From contig CAZWAD010000012.1 in NCBI GenBank assembly GCA_964631835.1, positions 29,916 through 93,915 on the forward strand: DNA of 64,000 nucleotides, read 5' to 3'. This stretch comes from an uncultured Chitinophaga sp. Lineage in GTDB: Bacteria > Bacteroidota > Bacteroidia > Chitinophagales > LD1. The notes beneath the pieces were generated by a model that did no database searches, was not told the DNA's origin, and saw only the letters and a program-made list of their open reading frames with translations. Position numbers and translations under genes: made by a program. Shown one piece after another: positions 28,447 to 36,058 of this stretch (positions are counted from its first letter, which is position 1; each line of letters starts with the position of its first letter).

Positions 28447-28986
28447 ATGCCTCCACGCCTTTTGCCATTAACTGAAAAACAACTATCGCCCGATACCCAA
28501 GCGGCTTTCGAAAAACATGTGCGTGAACACCACTCTCGTATTACCAACATGAAAGCCACCATGGGGCGCTCGGTGCTGGCGTTTGAAATTTATATGCGCT
28601 GGTACGAGTTGTACGAAAAAGTAAAAACCATTACCGGTGAGCGCATGGCGTATCTTTTTGCGCATGCTATATCGCAGGGCAGCAACTGCCCGCTGTGCAC
28701 CACTTACTTCCGAAAAATAATTATGGAAAATGGCGAAAAACCCGAAGATCTTTCTTTAACCGAAGAAGAACAAATGCTTCTCGATTTCGGCAGCGAAATA
28801 TCCGTTAACAGTAGCGAAGTGAACAGCGATTTATATGATAACATGGCAAAAAAATACTCTGAAGAAGAAATGGTGGTGCTCGTTTCTTTTGCCGGTCAAA
28901 TGATTGCTACGAACGTATTTAGCAACGTGTTTGAAGTAGAGATTGATGAATATCTGGCACCTTACAGTTCGTTGAAGAAATCCTAG
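28447..28986 (+). CDS. AhpD-like / carboxymuconolactone decarboxylase-family protein
   Basis: Helical protein with the 'SNCPLCTTYF' CxxC motif in a CMD-like context. Recall-based. Confidence 0.5.
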   Translation: MPPRLLPLTEKQLSPDTQAAFEKHVREHHSRITNMKATMGRSVLAFEIYMRWYELYEKVKTITGERMAYLFAHAISQGSNCPLCTTYFRKIIMENGEKPEDLSLTEEEQMLLDFGSEISVNSSEVNSDLYDNMAKKYSEEEMVVLVSFAGQMIATNVFSNVFEVEIDEYLAPYSSLKKS

Positions 28987-29072
28987 ACACAAAATTCTAA
29001 ATCCTAAATCTGCGCAAGTGTTTTTTCTTTTAGAGGTTTGTATTCAGAGTTTAGTGTTTTTAAAAATAAAAT

Positions 29073-29879
29073 ATGCTATACAATCTTAAAAACAAAGTAG
29101 CCTTCATTACCGGTGCTGCACATGGACAAGGGCGTGCTGCGGCCATTGCGCTCGCTAGAGAAGGTGTGAACATTGCAGCATTTGATATTGGCAAACAGCT
29201 CACCTATCCGAGATACAAATTCGGATCAAAGGATGAACTGGCATCGCTGAAAAAAGAATGTGAAAAGTTGGACGTACAGTGCCTGATTCATAAAGGGGAT
29301 GTTCGATCCGATAAGAATGTGACCAAAGCAGTAAAAGCAACCCATAAAAAATTCGGACGGATAGACATCCTGTTTAACAATGCGGGAATTTGCGCTTATG
29401 GTCTTTCGCATGAGTTAAGCGAAAGTGAATGGGACAATATGCTCGGTATAAATTTGAAAGGAGCGTGGCTTGTAGCTCGCAGGGTAATTCCTATTATGAT
29501 TAAGCAGAAGAGTGGGGTTATTCTGAATAATTCCTCAGTGCTTGGGTTGCGTGGTGCTAACCGCCTTTCGCATTATGTGGCAAGCAAATGGGGCTTAACC
29601 GGTTTTACAAAATCGCTGGCTATTGAACTGGCACAATACAACATACGGGCAATTTCCATTCACCCCACAGGTGTCAATACTCCTATGCAGGACGGACTAG
29701 CGGCTATTGAAGGCGCCACTCCGCTCGAAATTGCAGAGCGTTCGGCAGGCAATCTGCTTCCCGTTCCGTGGGTGGAATCAAAAGATGTGGCAAATGCTGT
29801 TGTCTTTCTTTCTTCTGATGCCGCCAGGTATCTAACTGGTACTGAATTTGTAGTTGATGCGGGATTATTAACCCGGTAG
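29073..29879 (+). CDS. SDR-family oxidoreductase (carveol dehydrogenase-like subfamily)
   Basis: 'KVAFITGAAHGQGRAAAIALAREG', 'NNAGI', 'SSVLG' and 'YVASKWG' give the Rossmann fold and the Ser/Tyr/Lys SDR catalytic motif (the Asn of the tetrad was not located). Confidence 0.85.
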   Translation: MLYNLKNKVAFITGAAHGQGRAAAIALAREGVNIAAFDIGKQLTYPRYKFGSKDELASLKKECEKLDVQCLIHKGDVRSDKNVTKAVKATHKKFGRIDILFNNAGICAYGLSHELSESEWDNMLGINLKGAWLVARRVIPIMIKQKSGVILNNSSVLGLRGANRLSHYVASKWGLTGFTKSLAIELAQYNIRAISIHPTGVNTPMQDGLAAIEGATPLEIAERSAGNLLPVPWVESKDVANAVVFLSSDAARYLTGTEFVVDAGLLTR

Positions 29880-29890
29880 TAGGCACTATT

Positions 29891-30520
29891 GTGAACAATT
29901 TCAAAAACCTGATTTTTGATATTGGCAATGTCATTATCGACATTGATGTGAGTGTTACCGTTGCCGAATTTCAGAAATTGGCAACTGTTGACTTTACGGA
30001 AATAATTTCGTACTCCAAACAACACCATGTTTTCGATGCGCTCGAGAAAGGAGAGATAACTCCGCAGCAGTTTCGCAATGAGTTGAAAAGGTTTATGAAG
30101 CCAAATGTTAGCGATGCTCAAATCAACGCGGCCTGGAATTCCATACTTATTCATTACCCGCAGCAAAAATTTAGCCTGTTGAAAGAACTCAAAACGAAGT
30201 ATAAGACTTTCGCTCTCAGCAACACGAATGAAATTCACATCGCAACCTTTAACGAGTCAGTGAAAAGAATTTTCAGCGCTGATAATTTTGAAAGTTTCTT
30301 TCACCGCGCTTATTATTCCAGTGACTGGGGCATGCGCAAACCTGACAAAAAATTTTACGAATTAGTGCTGCAAAAAGAAAATCTTATTGCCCGTGAGACG
30401 TTCTTTGTTGACGATAACTTGGAAAACGTGGAAGCAGCCAAGAGATTAGGGATACATGCATATCAGCTTAAGGAGAGCGATAAGCTACATGAGCTTTTGC
30501 GCGAAACGGAAGTGATATGA
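29891..30520 (+). CDS. HAD-superfamily hydrolase (subfamily IA-like)
   Basis: Motif I 'LIFDIGNVIID', 'LSNTN', and motif IV 'FFVDDNLENVEAAKRLG'. GTG start. Confidence 0.8.
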   Translation: MNNFKNLIFDIGNVIIDIDVSVTVAEFQKLATVDFTEIISYSKQHHVFDALEKGEITPQQFRNELKRFMKPNVSDAQINAAWNSILIHYPQQKFSLLKELKTKYKTFALSNTNEIHIATFNESVKRIFSADNFESFFHRAYYSSDWGMRKPDKKFYELVLQKENLIARETFFVDDNLENVEAAKRLGIHAYQLKESDKLHELLRETEVI

Positions 30521-31470
30521 ACTTGAAAAAAGCATTAGGGTTTTTTCTTTTTAGTGTCATTTGCCTTTTGGCAAAAGCAGGGAACGGATTTGTGTTTTTG
30601 GCGGATACTTCGAAACTATTCTATGTAAGCGACAACCAGATTTATTCTCCCGATAAAAGGGAGTTGCTATATTTTCAAAAAGGCAACATTTTCTTCAAAG
30701 GTTCCAATGAGGACAAGTCAAACATCTTTCTTCTTACAACTTCGATGAATATTGCAAGCGAAAAGTATGAACTGATTTATGAAAGAGGAGACCGGCAACC
30801 AACCTATTCTTTCCGCAAAAACAAGTTTTATTCAAAGAAGAATGTGACTGAGGATGATGAAGAGAAAAAGGAGTTAATTCACATGGAGCAATCAAAAAAG
30901 TGGCTTGCATTTTATTCCTCTGCTAATGACTCGCTACTTGGTTATTACAATTCTGATACGCTTCCGGCCTCCACAGCAATTATTGTTGCTTATACTTTGC
31001 TCAAGAAGTTTGAACTGGAAAAACGGTCTTCTGAGCTGTTCAAAGAAGTTCCTAGAACACAAAATTCGTATTCAACCATTAAACCGTTTTGGGGAAATAC
31101 CACAGCTAATGAATGGCTTTGGGATGAAAACATTTTTCGCCCGCGCTGGAACGTTGACCCGCGATTTGCCTGGGCATTTGACGGAGAAACAGTTAAACCA
31201 TTCTACGGAAACAACATTTACGACCAGTACTCCTGGGATGGAGAAATTTTCAAACCTCTTTGGAGAACCAACCGGGCGCAGGAATGGAGTTGGGATGGCA
31301 AAATCCTAAAACCAATTTGGGATACCGATTGGGCAAATCAATATAAAATTGAAGACGGAGTTATTCACCCTTGGTCAAACGTTCACCCCGAAAAGGAATG
31401 GCAGCTTAATGGAAATTTGCCAATACCGCTCATTGTATTAATTATCAGCGGAATTGCACAACCGGAGTAA
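30517..31470 (+). CDS. secreted protein with six C-terminal 19-aa Trp-rich repeats and a hydrophobic tail
   Basis: Signal peptide MNLKKALGFFLFSVICLLAKAG. Start overlaps the HAD stop (ATGA). Repeats follow KPxW-x5-(E/Q)(W/Y)-x-W-D-G-x-(I/V). Confidence 0.65.
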   Translation: MNLKKALGFFLFSVICLLAKAGNGFVFLADTSKLFYVSDNQIYSPDKRELLYFQKGNIFFKGSNEDKSNIFLLTTSMNIASEKYELIYERGDRQPTYSFRKNKFYSKKNVTEDDEEKKELIHMEQSKKWLAFYSSANDSLLGYYNSDTLPASTAIIVAYTLLKKFELEKRSSELFKEVPRTQNSYSTIKPFWGNTTANEWLWDENIFRPRWNVDPRFAWAFDGETVKPFYGNNIYDQYSWDGEIFKPLWRTNRAQEWSWDGKILKPIWDTDWANQYKIEDGVIHPWSNVHPEKEWQLNGNLPIPLIVLIISGIAQPE

Positions 31471-31519
31471 TTCATTTGTAATTATAGTTTACCTTAGCGT
31501 CCGACAAAAAAAGAATACC

Positions 31520-31807
31520 ATGAGGCAATTCATTTTATATAGTTCTATTTTGGTGTTTTTAGGAGTATGCGGATGTAACTTTAAAGCGAAAGATAAAACA
31601 CTGTTGCCCCCGTCTCCTCCTAAGGACGACATACAGCTTAAACTTTCGCAGCTTGCTTCCGATAAAGACCACGTTTGCGGAATGAGTATTGAGGAAGGAA
31701 GTATAACTGATACAGCTTCCTATAATGGAAAGCTGTACGGGTTTTGTGCGGCAGAATGTAAAGCCGAATTCTTAAAGTCTCCGGACACTTATTTATCACA
31801 GCAATAA
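31520..31807 (+). CDS. YHS-domain lipoprotein
   Basis: ATG 31520 gives the lipobox 'LVFLGVCGCN'. 'DHVCGMSIEEG...YNGKLYGFCAAECKAEFLKSP' is a YHS-domain pattern. Confidence 0.7.
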   Translation: MRQFILYSSILVFLGVCGCNFKAKDKTLLPPSPPKDDIQLKLSQLASDKDHVCGMSIEEGSITDTASYNGKLYGFCAAECKAEFLKSPDTYLSQQ

Positions 31808-31817
31808 TTCAATAAGC

Positions 31818-32816
31818 ATGTTTTCGAGTAAGATTACCGGAGTGGGAATGTACGTACCCGAAAAGGTGGTTACCAATGACGACCTTTCTAAACTTATGGA
31901 CACCAGTGATGAATGGATTACCGAGCGTACCGGAATAAAAGAAAGGCGGTTCTATAAAGAGGGGGAAGATACCGTTTCCAATATGGGTGCCAGGGCGGCC
32001 CAAACAGCTCTTGACCATGCAGGTAAAAAAGCGGAAGACGTTGACATGATAATTTTCGCAACGCTCAGTCCCGATTATCATTTCCCGGGTTCTGGTGTCC
32101 TTCTTCAGCGTAAATTATCTTTCAGAAATATTCCTGCTTTGGACGTCCGTGCCCAGTGCTCGGGATTTATCTACGGGCTCTCTGTAGCTGACCAGTATAT
32201 TAAGACAGGTACTTGTAAAACAGTTCTTCTCGTTGGCTCCGAAGTTCAAACTAATGTTTTTGAGTTAAGTACGCGCGGCAGGGACTTAGCTGTAATTTTT
32301 GGTGACGGTGCAGGGGCGGTAGTTTTGGAAGCTACTGAAGAGAAAAACAAAGGAGTTCTTGCTGTCAAATTGCACAGCGATGGAAAATTTGCTGAAGAAC
32401 TTTACCTCGAACACCCCGGCTCAAGGAAAAAAGTTCGTATTAGTGCCGAAATGATTGAAAAAGGAGAGTTCCTTCCTTACATGAATGGAAAATTAGTTTT
32501 CATGAACGCGGTGAAATATTTCCCCGAAGTAATCCGAGAGGCGCTCACGGAATGTAATTTGAAAGAAAGCGATATTGACCTGCTCATTCCTCATCAAGCT
32601 AATGCGCGCATAACGGCCCATGTTCAAAAAGAATTCAACCTGCCCGATGAAAAGGTTATTTCTAATATTCATAAGTATGGTAATACTACTGCGGCTTCTA
32701 TTCCCATCGGGTTATACGAAGCACTGCATGGTGGAAAAATTAAGGAAGGCGATTTGATAGCAATTGCTGGCTTCGGCTCAGGGTTTACTTGGGCTAGCGC
32801 CTTAATCCGCTGGTGA
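31818..32816 (+). CDS. fabH: 3-oxoacyl-ACP synthase III
   Basis: 'TSDEWITERTGIKERR', active-site 'AQCSGFIYGL', 'HQAN.RI' and 'GNTTAASIP' are KAS III signatures. Confidence 0.9.
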   Translation: MFSSKITGVGMYVPEKVVTNDDLSKLMDTSDEWITERTGIKERRFYKEGEDTVSNMGARAAQTALDHAGKKAEDVDMIIFATLSPDYHFPGSGVLLQRKLSFRNIPALDVRAQCSGFIYGLSVADQYIKTGTCKTVLLVGSEVQTNVFELSTRGRDLAVIFGDGAGAVVLEATEEKNKGVLAVKLHSDGKFAEELYLEHPGSRKKVRISAEMIEKGEFLPYMNGKLVFMNAVKYFPEVIREALTECNLKESDIDLLIPHQANARITAHVQKEFNLPDEKVISNIHKYGNTTAASIPIGLYEALHGGKIKEGDLIAIAGFGSGFTWASALIRW

Positions 32817-33350
32817 TTATTGCACTTTCCTGCCCTTAGCCACCCGCTGGTTTACGTCCATTTTCATTATCTTCCTCAGGTCAACCATCAGAAAAGCGTA
32901 TTTGCTGTCTGGGTCGGTGTAATATAGCTCATTGTAGTAATGAACTTTCCCCATTTCGTTCTTCCATTCCGATGCTAGGAGCATGTATTTTTCACCTTTG
33001 TCAGGATTAACTCCGAAACTCAGATAATGGTCATCGCTCATTTCAAAGCTCACCAGCATTTTATTCTGCCGAGGTATTTCGGTCAGCACTCCGGGAGTTC
33101 CTCTGCGTATAATAATTTCGTCTACTTTTCTTCCCTTTATCGTCTTGATTTTTCCATGAACTATCTGGGTGGACCCCTCGGTAAGTTCGCGATGCAGCAC
33201 AATGGTACGTGACACATAAAACTGAATACGTTTCACCTGCTCATCGCTCCAGTTATGGTTTTTTTTCATGGCATCGGTGTACGGAACTAAGTTTTTACAG
33301 GATGTAGTCAGCAAAAGAGGCGCTATGAACAGGATTAATTTTTTCAGCAT
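32817..33350 (-). CDS. lipoprotein of unknown function
   Basis: ATG 33350 gives 'MLKKLILFIAPLLLTTSCKN' (lipobox). Confidence 0.55.
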   Translation of the reverse strand: MLKKLILFIAPLLLTTSCKNLVPYTDAMKKNHNWSDEQVKRIQFYVSRTIVLHRELTEGSTQIVHGKIKTIKGRKVDEIIIRRGTPGVLTEIPRQNKMLVSFEMSDDHYLSFGVNPDKGEKYMLLASEWKNEMGKVHYYNELYYTDPDSKYAFLMVDLRKIMKMDVNQRVAKGRKVQ

Positions 33351-33479
33351 GATTTTCTTTATCGTTACGGTTTTCAATTAAAGTGCCAATAAACCCTTGG
33401 ATTCTGAAAACCCTGAAAGGTTTATTGTGAAGAAGAAAATTTTAATACTTTTTTAGAAATAGGAGAGAAGCTGGCGGTT

Positions 33480-33878
33480 TTAAAGAATTCTTTTTCCGTC
33501 TTTGTCAAATACCTTCATCGAATCATCTCGGTACTCGGCTTTTACGGAAAGCCGTTCAAAGATGCTGTTAATCAGCGAAAGCAGAATGCTGAAAAGCAAT
33601 GCCCACCAAAAGCTGTCCACATAAAATGAAGGTGTAAGCACCCAGGCGGCAATTTCAATAATGAATGCATTGATAACTAAAAGAAATAAGCCAAGCGTAA
33701 CAATAGTTGCAGGAATAGTCAGAAAAATAAGAATTGGTTTTACCGATACATTCAGCACCGCAAGCAGTGCTGCAAGAATAAGTGCATAGAAGAAACTTTC
33801 CAGGTGTACACCGGGTAAAATATACGCAGCAAGTATGGCTGCCGCAGAATTCAGAAAAAGCTTGATAATAAAGTCCAT
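33480..33878 (-). CDS. phage-holin-family-IV-like (PF04020-type) membrane protein
   Basis: 132 aa, 4 TM. 'AAAILAAYILPGVHLESFFYALILAALLAVLNVSVKPILIFLTIPATIVTLGLFLLVINAFII' matches that family's pattern. Confidence 0.65.
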   Translation of the reverse strand: MDFIIKLFLNSAAAILAAYILPGVHLESFFYALILAALLAVLNVSVKPILIFLTIPATIVTLGLFLLVINAFIIEIAAWVLTPSFYVDSFWWALLFSILLSLINSIFERLSVKAEYRDDSMKVFDKDGKRIL

Positions 33879-33939
33879 ACTTCAATAACGTAAACGGAGC
33901 GAAAATAACTTATGCAGAAGGATATTTTACCAAAAATTT

Positions 33940-34356
33940 TTATCTCGTGGCTTTGATATATCCGTATCCTTCGCTTTGCTTCACAATAATTTCGTAAATG
34001 CCATCAGGCACCGTTCTCACCCCGGCTATCAGCATGCTTGTATCTACATTATTCTTTTTCATAGCCACTTCGCAAACACGGAATGCTACGTTAGGGTTTT
34101 TGGCAAACTCTTCCACTTGAGCGGCTGCTATAGATTTACCTTTAGTAACCATATCCAGCGATTGCGCATAAAACACGGCTTCTACTTTTGCAGTGGCATC
34201 AGCTTTTGTAACTTCTTCTATCCATTTCATCAGCATCTTCTGGTCAACAGTATCCTTGCTAGTCATGTCAAAAACCACGTGGTACGGAACATTTTGAGCG
34301 GAAAGAAAGAGCGAAAAGAAAATAAAAGCTGCTGTACTGACTATATACTTTCTCAT
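33940..34356 (-). CDS. DsrE/DsrF-like (COG1416) family protein with signal peptide
   Basis: 'YHVVFDMTS...KVEAVFYAQSLDMV...VAFRVCEVAMKKNNV...LIAGVRTVPDGIYEIIVKQSEGYGYIK' fits the DsrE-like pattern. Confidence 0.6.
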   Translation of the reverse strand: MRKYIVSTAAFIFFSLFLSAQNVPYHVVFDMTSKDTVDQKMLMKWIEEVTKADATAKVEAVFYAQSLDMVTKGKSIAAAQVEEFAKNPNVAFRVCEVAMKKNNVDTSMLIAGVRTVPDGIYEIIVKQSEGYGYIKATR

Positions 34357-34431
34357 AACATTAAATTTTTCGTGAAGTTATAAAGAAATTCTATCAGGAG
34401 AATAATGTTGCCCCGAATTGTATCCAAAGCC

Positions 34432-35538
34432 TTACTCTACCACCAGCTTGCGTTGTGACTTCCGGTTACCCGACTGAAGCATTACAAAGTAAATTCCGCT
34501 TTGCCAATTCGAAACACTGATTAATTCGGCCTGCTGATTAATTTGTTTTTGCAACACAACTCTGCCGTTTAAATCAGAAACAATGAGCGAGTAACCCGCT
34601 GTGTTTTCGGCACACAAAACAGTGAAAGCCTCTGAAGCGGGGTTAGGGAATACACCAAACTGAATTTCATTTCCTGCCAAATCCGAAACATCTGAAATCA
34701 CAAAGCGAACACTGTCGCGGTAAATAACCTTTGTAACAAACTCAAAGGTCTGGAATTGACCGAGGATTCCTTTCTGGGTATTGATTTGCAGCAACGGCTC
34801 ATCGAAACCTTTGCCGAACCATTTATACTCAACAATAATATCGTTGTTCAGCTTAAACCCGAAGTTCAATGTATCAATATGCAAGGAGTCAGAGCCGTGT
34901 ATTTCGCTTACATGCCGCAGGGCATCGAAAGTACCGAAAGGAGTAATGAGCGTTCCCCATCCGTCAACTTTATTCGTACGTGACTGCTCGTGCCTGAAAG
35001 TTCCCATGTTGGGAATACGCGTGGTGTAATCGCTTCGGCAACTGTCTTCATTTCCGTATTCCATCGGGAAATGATAAAGCGTATCGGGGTGCGTCATGGG
35101 TACCGAAGTGGGAAAACCCGACACCCTCATGCCATAGCCCTTGTGAATGTACAGCGTCTGGCTTTTGTAATAAAAGTTGTAAGCATTGGTAAAAATAGTA
35201 TTCAGAAAAGGGAAAGTAGTAAGCGTTACTTCACCTCTTATACCAATGTTTGCGCGGTACGGGTTGAAAGGAATATTTGAATAAGTAAAGTTGTAAATAG
35301 GACTCACCCATAGCGGGCTTAGAAAAGTATCCATATAATTGCTTTGCCACTGTAGTTCCGAAAAATCCCAGGTGTGGCTTGTACCGGTGGCGCTAAAATC
35401 AAGGAGCGGGTTCCATACTGCTTCGCTCATGCGAACGGTATCGAAAGCATTGGCAAAATCTGTATCGTCAATAGTTATTTGTGCTGAGAGAGAGAAAGCA
35501 GAAAACAACAGAACAAGTGGGAGCAGATGTTTTTTCAT
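34432..35538 (-). CDS. secreted hypothetical protein with T9SS C-terminal sorting domain
   Basis: Signal peptide MKKHLLPLVLLFSAFSLSAQ. C-terminal 'FGVFPNPASEAFTVL...SGIYFVMLQSGNRKSQRKLVVE'. Confidence 0.7.
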   Translation of the reverse strand: MKKHLLPLVLLFSAFSLSAQITIDDTDFANAFDTVRMSEAVWNPLLDFSATGTSHTWDFSELQWQSNYMDTFLSPLWVSPIYNFTYSNIPFNPYRANIGIRGEVTLTTFPFLNTIFTNAYNFYYKSQTLYIHKGYGMRVSGFPTSVPMTHPDTLYHFPMEYGNEDSCRSDYTTRIPNMGTFRHEQSRTNKVDGWGTLITPFGTFDALRHVSEIHGSDSLHIDTLNFGFKLNNDIIVEYKWFGKGFDEPLLQINTQKGILGQFQTFEFVTKVIYRDSVRFVISDVSDLAGNEIQFGVFPNPASEAFTVLCAENTAGYSLIVSDLNGRVVLQKQINQQAELISVSNWQSGIYFVMLQSGNRKSQRKLVVE

Positions 35539-35831
35539 TACAAGTCAAAGATTAGTTTTTTTCAGCGAACCGCATACTGAGAAAAATCAGGGGCATCAAT
35601 CTCTTTCGCATCTGCAACGTTTTCTTTGTATGCCTATTATGAAGACCGTTAACAAGGGGCTTAACACTTTAGCGGTTATCCCTAAAAAAATCAGATTGTA
35701 TTTCTCCGGCAACCAAAGGCTAAGCACTAATTCTTACAACTCAAAACAACTATTACTGCAGTTGTTCTTTTCCTCCAATTTTCCTTGTTATCAGATTCTT
35801 AGCTTTTGTTATTTATTATGTCTATGTTCTC

Positions 35832-35984
35832 ATGAATAAAAAAGAAGGCAAAATAGCTGGCCTTCTTGCAGCCTATCCTAAAGTAGCTGCCGCGTATAAT
35901 GCAAAATACAAAAAACGCAAAGACGGGAAAAAGCAGAAAGAACGACCCTTGATATTTTCCACAAAAACGCTAAAGAAAAAATAA
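35832..35984 (+). CDS. candidate 50-aa Lys-rich small protein (below track cutoff)
   Basis: Hand translation gives MNKKEGKIAGLLAAYPKVAAAYNAKYKKRKDGKKQKERPLIFSTKTLKKK*. It lies in the 520-bp gap upstream of the E1 gene. No supporting motif. Confidence 0.2.
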   Translation: MNKKEGKIAGLLAAYPKVAAAYNAKYKKRKDGKKQKERPLIFSTKTLKKK

Positions 35985-36058
35985 TCACCGTCTTTAGTCG
36001 CTTCGTATATATTCGCTCTGTGGTCACACACCCTCCGGAAAAACTTACGGGTAAAAAA

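Noticed and set aside
30905-31309. 134-aa alternate-frame ORF inside 30517-31470
   Set aside because: It lies within the frame that carries the clear six-fold Trp repeat, so the alternate frame is a shadow ORF.
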